The notes beneath the pieces were generated by a model. That model was not told the origin of the DNA. It did not search any database and saw only the letters and a program-made list of their open reading frames with translations. From Octopus sinensis (lineage: Eukaryota), in assembly GCF_006345805.1 (NCBI RefSeq), contig NC_043000.1:58838001-58902000 (forward strand): a stretch of DNA of 64,000 bases, read 5' to 3'. Every line of letters begins with the position of its first letter. The stretch's first letter is position 1. A program made the translations under genes and the position numbers. Of this stretch, positions 26,779 through 38,860 are shown in pieces.

Positions 26779-27092
26779 CACCGTGATCACCATGACCGAC
26801 CAAGCTATCAGATGTTGCTACACATCTCTAGTCACAAAGTGATTCGCATTGTTTTAGCCTTCAAATGGTGCCACCCCGCTGCCTAAGCGAGCAGGCCAAC
26901 AGAAGAAAGAGTGAGAGAAAGTTGTGGCGAAAGAGTACAGCAGGGATCACCACCAACACCTGCCGGAGCCTCCTGGTGCTTTGGGTGTTTTTGCTCAATA
27001 AACACTCACAACGTCCAGTCTGGGAATCGAAACCAAGCGCGATCCTACAACCACGAGTCCGCTGCCTTAACCACTAGGCCATTGCACCTCCT
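26779..27092 (-). mobile_element. Second tRNA-derived SINE family
   Basis: Minus-strand head GCAATGGCCTAGTGGTTAAGGCAGCGGACTCG...GGTTTCGATTCCC. Confidence 0.75.
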
Positions 27093-27134
27093 CCACACAC
27101 ACACACACACCACACACACACACAGAAATACATA

Positions 27135-28486
27135 CAGGGGTTGGACAAAATAATGAAGCACCTAGCATCATAGTATCATAATATTGAAATAACTATAAAG
27201 CCATCAAAAGCTTGTTTTTTTTTTGGGGGGGGGGCTAAATTTATTAGTGTTGCTTAATATATTTTGCTAAAATTGCTGTTTCTTTTCAGATATCATCAGA
27301 AGCAGGTAATTAAAATTCATTCCAATGACAGATCTATCGGACATTCAAAGAGGTCACATTGTTGGTACCTATATGGCAGGCGCAATCATAACAAAAACAG
27401 CAGAAATGTTTAGTGTATCAAGAAGTATTGTCTCAAAAGTAATGACAGCCTTTCAAAAAGAGGGAAAAGCCTCGTCAAAACAAAACTCCGAAAGAAAACC
27501 AAAACTTTCAGATAGGGGCTGTCAGACTCCAATGCAAATTGTTCGAAAAGATCTCAAAAGTACAGCTCCCAACATTACTGAGTACAGCTCCCAACATTAC
27601 TGAGTACAGCTCCCAACATTACTGAGTACAGCTCCCAACATTACTGAGTACAGCTCCCAACATTACAGAGCTTAATGTACACTTTGTGAAATCTGTTTCC
27701 ACAAAAAATGTTTTCCAGGAGCTGCACAAAGACGGATTTCACAGGAGGGCTACAATCAGAAAACCACTAATTTCAAAAACAAATGTTGCAAAGTGTTTAG
27801 AGTGGAGTAAAAACCTACAGAACTGGTGCCTAGAGCAGTGGAAGAATGATATTTTCTCGGACAAGTCATCCTTTACCTTATTTCCAACCACCAACCAAGT
27901 ATACGTATTGAGAGAGCCAAAAGAACCATTTGACCCAGACTGCCTTCTTCGAACTGTTAAACAAGGAGGAGGATCTGTGATGATTTGGGGGGCTATACCT
28001 TGGAAATCTGCAGGCCCAATGGTTTACCTTCATAGCAGAATTAATAGTCAAGACTATTTAAGCATTTCATCTGATCACATTCATCCTATGGTTGCAGAAC
28101 TGTTTCTGGAGGGAAAGGCAATCATTCACGATGGTAATGCACCAATTCACACAGCTGAAGTTGTTTCTGAATGGCACGAGGGACATTCTAGTGAAGTTGA
28201 ACATCTTATCTGGACCCCCACACTACTCTCATCTAAATATTATTTAACATTTAAGGTGCATATTAGAAAAATAAGGAGTCAATATCTTCCACCATCATCA
28301 CTACAAGAACTGGAAAATGTTTTAGCTGAAGAATGGACAAAATTTCCTTTTGAAACAACTCAAACTTTGTACGAGTCCATACCTCGAAAAATTCAATCTG
28401 TAATTAATGCCAAAGGTAGTCCTACCCCATATTAGAATAAATTTGTTTCAAATTATAAGGTGTTTCCATTATTTTGTGCAACCCTG
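27135..28486 (+). mobile_element. Tc1-like DNA transposon, full-length but defective
   Basis: TIRs CAGGGGTTGGACAAAATAATGAAGCACCT / AGGTGTTTCCATTATTTTGTGCAACCCTG, TA on the left. Transposase pieces (HTH MTDLSDIQRGHIVG; SDKSSF; TVKQGGGSVMIWG; HDGNAPIH) with mutated catalytic motifs and frameshifts. Confidence 0.93.
27559..27668 (+). repeat. 22-bp minisatellite x5 inside the Tc1 transposase
   Basis: (AGTACAGCTCCCAACATTACTG)x4 plus a fifth unit ending ACAG. Confidence 0.95.
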
Positions 28487-28520
<34 letters not shown>

Positions 28521-28534
28521 GCGGGGGGGGGGGT

Positions 28535-28942
28535 ATATACTCTTTTACTCTCTCTTTTACTTGTTTCAGTCATTTCACTGCGGCCATGCTGGAGCACCGC
28601 CTTTAGTCGATCAAATCGACCCCAGGACTTATTCTTTGTAAGCCCAGTACTTATTCTATCGGTCTCTTTTGCCGAACCGCTAAGTGACGGGAACGTAAAC
28701 ACAGCAGCATCGGTTGTCAAGCAATGCTAGGGGGGCAAACACAGACACACACACATATATATATATATATACATATATACGACAGGCTTCTCTCAGTTTC
28801 TGTCTCCCAAATCCACTCACAAGGCTTTGGTCGGCCCGGGGCTATAGCAGAAGACACTTGCCCAAGATGCCACGCAGCGGGACTGAACCCGCAACCATGT
28901 GGTTGGTTAGCAAGCTACTTACCACACAGCCACTCCTGCGCC
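28535..28942 (-). mobile_element. Full-length tRNA-derived SINE (family of 26322)
   Basis: Reverse-complement homology to 26322-26740, with a normal central (TA)/(TG) microsatellite at ~28740-28780. Confidence 0.88.
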
Positions 28943-29076
28943 TATATATCTATACACATTATATATATATATATACACATTATATATACATATATACACA
29001 TTATATATATATATATATAATCTATATATATTCAATATATGTATATATATATACATATATTTATATAATCTATATA

Positions 29077-29373
29077 TCTGGTCATCCCATAAGTTCTGTC
29101 CAAATTTTGAATAAAGAAAACAAGTCATCAAATGTTATATTTAAACTGATTATTTATGACTTCCTTCCATCTATTTACAAGCTTTTTAATCCCATCAATA
29201 TGAAACACTTTTGATTTCAGAGCGAAGAACTCTGAAATGTCAGTTTTGACCACCTCCTGGCTTGTGAAATTTATGCCCCCCAAATAATTGTGTAAACTAC
29301 AAAACAAATGGTAGTCTGAAGGAGCAAGGTCGGGGGAATAAGGTGGATGAGGAATTTTCCCAACCAACCTCTT
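29077..29373 (-). mobile_element. mariner (DD34D) 3' fragment with one TIR
   Basis: ORF 29128-29367 has PHPPYSPDLAPSDYHLF...GIKKLVNRW; TA-TCTGGTCATCCCATAAGTTCTGTCC terminus. Confidence 0.9.
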
Positions 29374-29420
29374 ATATATATATATATATATATATATAAA
29401 TCATATTTATATATGTATAA

Positions 29421-29498
<78 letters not shown>

Positions 29499-29534
29499 TA
29501 TGTATATATACATAGATAAATAATCTAGATATAT

Positions 29535-29584
<50 letters not shown>

Positions 29585-29654
29585 TAGATAGATAGATAGA
29601 TAGATATAGATATATATATGTGAGTGTATGTATATATATAATATAGAGAGAGAA

Positions 29655-29689
<35 letters not shown>

Positions 29690-29705
29690 TATGTATGTGT
29701 GTGTG

Positions 29706-29757
<52 letters not shown>

Positions 29758-30654
29758 GTATGGTTGTATGTGTTTATGTTTGCATATGTTATGTATGTAT
29801 TGTATGTGTATATGTATGTATATGGATGCAGACATTGCTATGCAACCCCATTACAATACCAATAAATTGATTAATTAATTAATTGGCTGATTGATAAGTT
29901 GATTGAGTGAATAATTGACCTAAATTTTTGAATATATTTATATAATTATAGACCTCAATTAACCAGAGTTACCTCCTTTCATTCTATTTATAACTAAAAA
30001 AAAACCCACCTCTTAAATATAGCATTAAAAATAATTAAGTGAATAAATAGACGGATAAATATTTTAAAGGATTAAATGACTGATGGTTTTATTTAAGTGA
30101 CTTAATACTATTACATGGGGTCTTGCATTTGAGGCATTTGGTAAGATAAATATAGATTTTTAAAAGTAATTTTAGCAATAAATAACAATCTAGTAATATG
30201 TAGGTATATATATATATAAAAGAGAATATATAAGAATAAATACTGAGCTGTTTCATTAAAAGAGAATATATAAGGATATATATTGAGCTGGTTCATTAAT
30301 TTAGTAACTAAAGACTGTTGCACAGAGAATTACAATTAATGCACTCCATCGGAGAATACATTTTAAGCATAATTTTAGCGATAAACAATAACTTAGTGAA
30401 ACAACTTGTACAGTCACTTTTGGTATCTTGTCCCTTATTTGCATTTGGTCCAAATAACTTCCAACATATAATTTTCACTATATATTACCTGTATGATTTA
30501 GTAAATATATAATGATTCCCCTAATTAAACAGATACATGTAATATTATAAACTGTTTTTTTTTAATAAATTTGTAATAACTTATCTTTCATATGCAGTAT
30601 ATTAAAACAATATCCCCTTAGTAATATCACTTTAACCTAAAATTGTTATATATA

Positions 30655-31435
30655 TCTCTTATTATAAAAGGCAGATTTTATCTGCCTCCCTTTGTAACTT
30701 ATAGAAATCTACAATATAGGATTTCTTCAATTACAATTTACCTAGCATTTTTAAGAGTAGAATGCATCGGGTCATGCCAGGTCCAGTTTTTAAAATTTAA
30801 ACTCCAATTAAGCAAAATTTACAGAAAACTCACGTTCTGGTGTGTATGTCAAATGCTTTTCTTAGTCTGGTTTACAGCACACGCAAACGCACACACACAG
30901 TGTGCAACGAATAAAGTGAAACTAGATGTAATATTTGTTTCTGTCTATCACACTGATAGATACATGAGTAAAATGTATGGCAACCTAACAGATAAGAGTG
31001 AGTGAAAATGTTCTTGGAAGAGAGTAAATAGCTGACAGAGTGATTTGAGGAAGACTAAACTGAAAGTATGAAACAGTGTTTATGTATAAACAGACGACAC
31101 TTATATAAACCCTTTCGTTACCAAACCGCCCGAATTTACCTATTCATATTTAAATGAGAATATCAGAGTAAATCTCTTTAGTACATTCGTGAAAACACGT
31201 ATTATACTTCGTAACACTTCAAATACAGTTTTGTACAAAAATCGAAGTGTAATTTTAATTCCGTGAATTATGGGAGATTTTTTTCCGAAATTTGTTCCTA
31301 TTGTGTTTTCAAAATTTGTAATTCTGACAAAAAATGGATACGAATTTCATTATATCAAGCAGCGAGTCAGAATTCGAAGGATTTTCTACTTGAAGACCTT
31401 CATAAATCTAACTCTATGACTGAAAAAAAAAAGCA
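30655..31435 (+). mobile_element. Possible Helitron 5' segment with an embedded piggyBac-MITE end at 31110
   Basis: A|TCTCTTATTATAAAAGGCAGA start; CCCTTTCGTTACC at 31110 matches the MITE TIR; abuts the Helitron at 31436. Confidence 0.35.
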
Positions 31436-31831
31436 TCTTTATATAAGAGTGAAGTTGTGTCTGTCTCCTACGATTTAGATTCGTAACTACTCCCACATTT
31501 TGCGGTGCAGTTTAACCAAAAGCGGGTATCTTATAGTCGTGATTCATATCGAGCCCTTCTGGGTATTAGCGCGCGTCTACGATGAGTCTACGATTTTAAA
31601 AAAATTTACCATCATATTTTTCCATTTTAATGCATTTTTTTCGCTTTTATATAAGGGAAGTAACTCTCTAAAAATATCTACGATGTGTCAACGATTTTTT
31701 AAAAAAAATTTGCCTTAATTTTTTTTCAATATTTAATGCATTTTTTTTGCTATTTTTTGGCTATAACTCTCTAAAAATGCTTATATAGTTATTTCCCTTA
31801 CAACCCGAGCAACGCCGGGCGATACTGCTAG
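31436..31831 (+). mobile_element. Non-autonomous Helitron, copy 1
   Basis: A|TCTTTATA start, CCCGAGCAACGCCGGG hairpin 8 nt before CTAG|T end, no TSD; highly similar copy at 60144. Confidence 0.9.
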
Positions 31832-31843
31832 TATATATATATA

Positions 31844-32988
31844 TTAGAGAAAAAACACTATTATGCAATTCAATCAATGATAATATTATTAAAAAAATAA
31901 CTAGATCACAAAAAGTACATAAATGAATAAACAATATATAAGTAAAAAGACTAATATATAATATATCTTTGAAGAGATAAGTATAGAATTTATTTAAGAA
32001 ATAATATTGTAATCTAGATGAGTATTGATTGATAAATATGAATTTCTAATTTTTTTATTTGTTAATGATAATTTAGATATGTACATTTATTTAATTATTC
32101 TTATTTTATAATTATTACATGTTAACTTAAATCGAAAAATATTAGATTGTAAATTTTTTTAGTATAGGTAAAGTTTTTTATTATATTTAGTACTATTGAA
32201 TATAATAATAATAATAATAAGTACTATTTTCACAAATAATTTTATAAACGATAAGTAATACATTTTTAGCTTTGAAATTTTTCATTTTTTATTTCATAAA
32301 TATTTTCAGAATGAGATGTATAATATTTATTTAAGAAATAATGGAGTAATTTATTTATTTATATGTTTATTGATTGAAAAAATATGGATTTCTAATTGCT
32401 ATATTTGTTAATTATAATTTAGATATGTACTTTTAGTTTAGTACGTATCTAAAATATTAAGTGTGATTGTTTTGTAAAATAGTTTGTAACGTAAAATATT
32501 AGTGTATAACTAGTGAAAAGATATTCTATAGTTTGTTGATGTTTATTCTTAAAGCTAAATTATATCTTCATACATAAATACATTTTTCTATCTATTTACT
32601 CTATTTTTTTACCTTAGGTTTTTAACATGATAAATATATTATAGGCACCTGGTCGTTCTTCTATAAGAACAATCATGATTTTATTTCAAAAAATATTGTT
32701 TAATTCTATCTGATTATTTATCTAACTATTATTGTTATTATTGTTGACCTGAAGAGTGACTATACTTTTAAATTGAATTGTTTTTCAATTAAATTTAAAT
32801 TTAATTGTAATTCAAATTTAAATTATATCCATGAAACGTACGTAGTCTTTTTACTTATTATATATTGTTTATTCATTTTTATACTTTTTGTGATCTAGTT
32901 ATATGTTTTATAATATATTTTATTTCTTCTTTATGATTTGGTTTATGTCTATCATTGTTTGAATTGCATAATAGTGGTTTTTCTCTAA
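31844..32988 (+). mobile_element. AT-rich Penelope-like remnant with terminal inverted duplication and HHR
   Basis: 31844-31953 is the reverse complement of ~32843-32988. HHR at 32746. Internal diverged direct repeat ~31980-32090 vs ~32315-32435. Shares sequence with the PLE at 25145. Confidence 0.7.
32746..32847 (+). ncRNA. Type-I hammerhead ribozyme with intact core and long AU-rich helix II
   Basis: GAC-CTGAAGA-[77 nt]-GAAA-C-GTAC-GTA^GTC: helix I GAC/GTC, full CUGANGA and GAAA core, palindromic helix III ACGTACGT, GUA cleavage triplet. Confidence 0.8.
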
Positions 32989-33578
32989 TTTATATATATC
33001 ATATATTTATATTGTGAAATTTGATTTAATACTAAATTGAATTTGTGTGTGTGTGGTGTGTGTGTATAAATTCATCCACATTTTGCTTGTTTTATTTATA
33101 TACATTTTTATATACATTTTTGCCTAATTTGTTGTTTATGTTATCAGTTATCCCTTAACCAATAATAACAAAATCATGCCCTTTCAAAACAATAGATAAC
33201 CAATTAGATTACGGAACTGACCATAACCTCCCCACTTCCTGCAGGATTTCAGCTACTCAATAAACAAAAAATAATAAAGTATCTTGATTAATATCCAGAA
33301 ATTTATTACTTTTGTACCAACCAATATGACAGGTATTAATATAAACTCTAACCCACTTATTGTGGACCTTTGTCTAAAGCCCTCAATAGAAAACATATCA
33401 CATGCTTATATGAATATATATATGTTTGTGTATAATTATTATAGTTATATAAAAAGAAAAATATGAACTACTGCAATAATCCTTACTACTAAACACATGT
33501 AATATGTATGAACCCATGGGTATGTTTGTACGTAAATATATATGTATATATATGTGTGTGTGTGTGTGTGTGCGTATG

Positions 33579-33610
<32 letters not shown>

Positions 33611-33830
33611 TGTATGTATGTATGTATGTATGTATGTATTCCTCATTTATATACCTTTTCATTCCTACATAACTACAATAATCTTAAGACATATTAATTT
33701 TTTAAATTCCACTATTATTTCTCTTTTGATAACTTTCTCCTTCCACTGTTTATACTTTATCTAATAAGAATAATATAATACACCTAATAATAATAATTGA
33801 TTCCAACTTAACCTTATGAACTTTCTAAAC

Positions 33831-33953
33831 TCTCTGATGAAGCCCAGAGACACACCGAAGTACCTTAATCTTATCTACCAAATACTTCAGTTCACTGAAG
33901 GGATGGAAGTAGAGTGGGGTACTATGTCCTCTTGGCTGAAACAGCTGTAAAAT
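33831..33953 (+). ncRNA. Hammerhead ribozyme motif with 97-nt multi-stem helix II and weak helix I
   Basis: CTGATGA-AGCCcAGAG...CTCTtGGCT-GAAA-C-AGCT-GTA; palindromic ACAGCTGT helix III; helix I TCT/AAA is degraded. Confidence 0.7.
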
Positions 33954-34320
33954 ACTATCCTACTTTCTATGTTCCATGTTATATATTTTAATAATTACTG
34001 GTATTTTTATATATTATATATGTAAAGCATAATATGTTATACATGTATGTATATTGTTATAATTGTTTTTTTTTTTAAATAAATAGACATAATATCTAAA
34101 AGGTGATGAATACCACCTCTTGATCCCCTCCATTTTCTTATTGCTGTATAAATTAAGGGTAAAAACACTTTTTACCCTCACCCATTTATTTCATTCATTA
34201 GTGTAATTGCCATGCAATGAAAAAACACTTGTATTAATAATTAGGTACTCTACCAGTAGTATATTGGATAGATATCATTCCTTAGTTAGTTGGATTCACA
34301 ACCTCTAACACTCTTGGAAT

Positions 34321-34378
<58 letters not shown>

Positions 34379-35027
34379 CTATATATATCTTTCGAATCAG
34401 ACATTTGAAAGCTTACAGATAATGGAGAGAAGTGACAGAAAATGAAAGAAATTATAGATATTATCAGATATGTTTGTACTTTTAAATACTAAAAATCAGA
34501 TGGAACTTTCTATGCAACCTGATATGTATATGTGTGTATGTGTTTATGTAAATATATGCCCATGCATGTGTGTTTGTGTTGTGTGTGCGGGGGAATGTAT
34601 GTATATATACATATATTATATACATATATATATTTTTTGGAATCAATCAATCATATAAACACACACAGTCTTTGAGTCACTTTGTAACTTCTGTAATTTT
34701 TTTTTTTACATGTAAGTGCAGATATGGGTGTGTGGATGAAATTTGCTTTCCATCTATGTAGCTGGGAGAGTGTCTTCTACTCAAGCCTTGTGTCAACCAA
34801 AGCCTCCTGAGTGGATTTAAAGATGTAAACGGAAAGAAGCCCATTGTATATTTATGTGCAAGTGTGTATGTTTGTATCTCCTCGTCTTGATGTTCCATGA
34901 AAACATGTCCAGTCATGGAGCGATATTATCTTGCTCGGAAGCAGGTGAGTTTCAGGAACATGAAGGGCATCTTACTATGGAAAAATCTGCCTCAATGAAT
35001 TCTGACCAGTTCATGTATATACATATA

Positions 35028-35076
<49 letters not shown>

Positions 35077-35149
35077 GCATATGTAAGGGGAATAGCTTTT
35101 TTTTAATGCTTGTTTAAAACTCATATTATGCTACAAAACTACCAATATT

Positions 35150-35465
35150 CAATAACTTCCTTATCAATAACACACCAAAAATATGAACTCAAGAATAAAT
35201 TGCAGATGACCAATATTATCTATAAATTTGACTGTAAAACGGAATGTTAGAAACCTCAGGACACGAGCTGTTAACATTGGACAGATCAATACAACACTCT
35301 CATGTAGGTTCACTATGTACTTGCAGAAAGGAACTGTGCACAACATTATTAGATAAGAAACTACTTGAGAAAAATACTTTATAAAAATTCCACTCAAAAT
35401 GGAAGATTAATTATGGAAACCATACTCATATTGCAATACAATACTAAAATTAACACTCAAACATA
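35150..35465 (+). pseudogene. Decayed GIY-YIG endonuclease domain of a Penelope-like element
   Basis: LQMTNIIYKFDCKTEC* / NIGQINTTLSCRFTMYLQKG matches the PLE pattern xxVIYKFxC...YIGxTxxxLxxRLxxH, with stops and a frameshift. Confidence 0.72.
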
Positions 35466-36666
35466 CACATCAAAAAATTAACATGAAGCTACTGACATAA
35501 AAAATGTAAAGAACATAACACAGTCAAATTTTGTTTACAATAAACATATCAACACATGGCTGTTAATGCATAATGCTAACTAACTGTCAAAAACCTTTTG
35601 GTGGAAAGTCAACACAAATTCAATCGGTATGAAAGAAACAACTAAAATGTCAAATATATTCAATTCAGTTCAATCCTTAATAATGAGACCATTAAGACCT
35701 AGAAATTTAGGAATTCTGCTGTTCCAAACTAACTGTAAAAAGTGAATTAGAAAATATAATAAATATAAAAGAAAATAATAAAACTTTAGTATAGTTATAC
35801 ATCTAATGAAAGACACACACATACACATGAGTGTGTGTGTGTGTATGTGTATGTATGTGTTGAGTTTAATGCTCCACATAGATTATCATTATCCAGTCTG
35901 TTTCCAGTATAATGGTTTAACTACTAATATACTGTGTTACTAGCTATGACATCCAGAGTGTGCTTATCATGATTTCTACTATATATGTGTATGTATGTAT
36001 ATATACACACACACATATACATATGCATGTATATATACATACATACATACATACATACATATACACACATACACAAGCGAGCACATTGGTGTGACACAAA
36101 GTGGAGAAAATAGCACTCAAATACCAAAAGTAGATTAAATTATAGTATTTTATTGAAACTGAGAAACTTCACAAACTTAGTCTGAGTAAAAAGTTTGTAA
36201 AGTTATTCAGCTTCAATAAAACACTATAGATATATTGTATTTTATTGTATATGTATGTGTGTGTAGGAAATTGAATTTTGATCAGAATTTCAACAATGAG
36301 TTCAGTTCTTTGAGCAGCTTAAACACACGCTCAATGAATTAGTGTCTGAGTATTGCACAAACATGTGTACCTCTCGTGTACAACCAAGGCAAAAGCTAGA
36401 ATGGAACTATGTGACAAGATTGGACCTTTAGATTAAAAGTACAGTTAATCTGATGGGTTGCTATATTCACAACTTACGGGTCAAACCAAACCAAAAACAT
36501 GACATTTGCTCAAGATGCCAGGTAGTGGGATCAAAACTGGTACATTATTATTGAAACAAACTTCTTAACCATTCAAGCCATACAAATACATGTATAGTTA
36601 TGTATCATTTTGGATCTGCTATGCACAAGACTGGCAACATTCATACACATCTATACATATGCATGT

Positions 36667-36719
<53 letters not shown>

Positions 36720-36802
36720 TATATATATATATATATCATTATATATATATATATATATATATATGCATTTACATAGACATCTATAAACATATCTAGATAT
36801 AT

Positions 36803-36833
<31 letters not shown>

Positions 36834-37499
36834 CACACACACGCACACGCACACAATGTGCACTGTAAAACCAAGTATGTAGAAATGTTCATACACTTAT
36901 TCATTACATCCTTACATCTTATTTAAGTGATGAATAAATTTGGTATTCAAGAAAATATCTAACACTCAGATTACAGCATCAAGTCATCAGAGTTTGTATA
37001 GTAAGCAAAATAAAAACATGTCTCAAGGTTCCCTCACACTGGTGAATCACATGGGTTATGAACCCACATTATCTAAAGGGAGATGTTCTCCAGTAAAAAA
37101 AAACAAAAAAAAACAACAATCAGATATTCAAGTTCAAATCTGCTAGACTGTTTTGAAAATTAATGAATATGTTATTTGAATTTTTGTTGTTCTGCATGTG
37201 CCTCATGATTTATTATCTGTTTGTAAACATAAGCACACATCAACGAACAATTTGCTGATTTCTATGAACTGCCTGTACTCGTTAGAATTATTGATCTAGT
37301 GGATTAGCATTGAGTGAAGAGACAAGACCCCTTACACTGATGAATCATCTGTTATGACCAAAATAGTACATCAATATGATTTCAATCACGCTGCATGGTA
37401 ATCTGGACAGTGTTTTCTTTTTTAACTCCAGATTGACCAAAGCCTTATTGAGTGGATTTGATAGATGGAAACTGAAATAAGTCTTTCCTCTCGCTCTGT

Positions 37500-37512
37500 A
37501 CATATATATATG

Positions 37513-37603
<91 letters not shown>

Positions 37604-37643
37604 CACACACCACATATATATTATATATTACATATTATATATA

Positions 37644-37689
<46 letters not shown>

Positions 37690-37867
37690 TATATACATAC
37701 ATATGTATATATATATATATACTATTATATATACATATACATATATATATACATATGTATATAACATATATATACATATACATATATATATATACATATA
37801 CTATATATACATATATATATACTATATATATATATATACATATATACATATATACACACACACACAC

Positions 37868-37916
<49 letters not shown>

Positions 37917-37961
37917 TATACATATATATATACATATATAATATACATATATATACAATAC

Positions 37962-38034
<73 letters not shown>

Positions 38035-38091
38035 CATATATATATACATACATATATATATACATATATATATATACATATATATATATAC

Positions 38092-38136
<45 letters not shown>

Positions 38137-38152
38137 ACACACACACACATAT
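37500..38152. repeat. Compound (TA)n/(CA)n/(TACA)n tract
   Basis: Directly visible; source of the YIYI/HTHT ORFs. Confidence 0.95.
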
Positions 38153-38589
38153 ATAAACAAAGTCAGGTGTGAGAGGTGACTACAGATTTATTTAACCATG
38201 TGGCTTCCATAGGGTTGCAGCTGCTTTACAGCTAATAGCTAATATGAGGAACTTACTATTATAGTTACATGATTCTCTAAATCCACATCTTATAATACTC
38301 ATATGTATGTGTGGGTGAGTGTGTGTAAATATTTGTGCTGTCCTGTCTTGACATTATGTGATTGTTGTAAATGAATGTCATGCATTTTCTATATACTGAG
38401 AAAATGTCTGGCCATGGGGGAATATTATCTTGCTTGGAAAAGATATGGGTTAGTGACAGGAAGGGCATCTGGCCAGAGAAAACCTGCCTCAATAAATTCG
38501 GTCCAATCTACAAGCATGGAAAATTGGACACTAAAATGATGATGATGATACATATATACACAAAGCCCCCATTAAAATGAAATGCAATG

Positions 38590-38860
38590 ATCCTGTGCTT
38601 ATTCTCACTTTGTGAGCAATTTCCAGGATTGTTACACAGTGGTCTACCATGACTATTCTCCAAAGCTTTTCAACTGGCTCCTTATTTCAGCTTGTGGATT
38701 ACCTGCCTGACTGTGCCTCGCACTCTGAGGTGTGGCCATGTTTGAAGCAGTTGTACCACTCTTGATCCGTGTTTGCCTTTCAAATCATGCTGAATCTTCT
38801 GGATAGTTTGAGCTTAAGTATCATCAGGTTTTTGGCCAAATTTAATGCAATATCTCTGCT
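38590..38860 (-). mobile_element. Decayed mariner transposase N-terminus
   Basis: Minus strand QRYCIKFGQK..DT*AQTIQKIQH...IKEWYNCFKHGHTS..EAQSGR, resembling the mariner HTH region. Confidence 0.7.

Noticed and set aside
27559-27668. CRISPR-like direct repeats
   Set aside because: Units are contiguous with no spacers, lie within a Tc1 ORF, and the DNA is eukaryotic.
30240-30360. Minus-strand CCGATGGAG ... GAAACAGCT (twice, in a ~40-bp tandem duplication)
   Set aside because: It resembles the 33831 HHR ends, but the core is broken and no consistent helix I or cleavage triplet was found.
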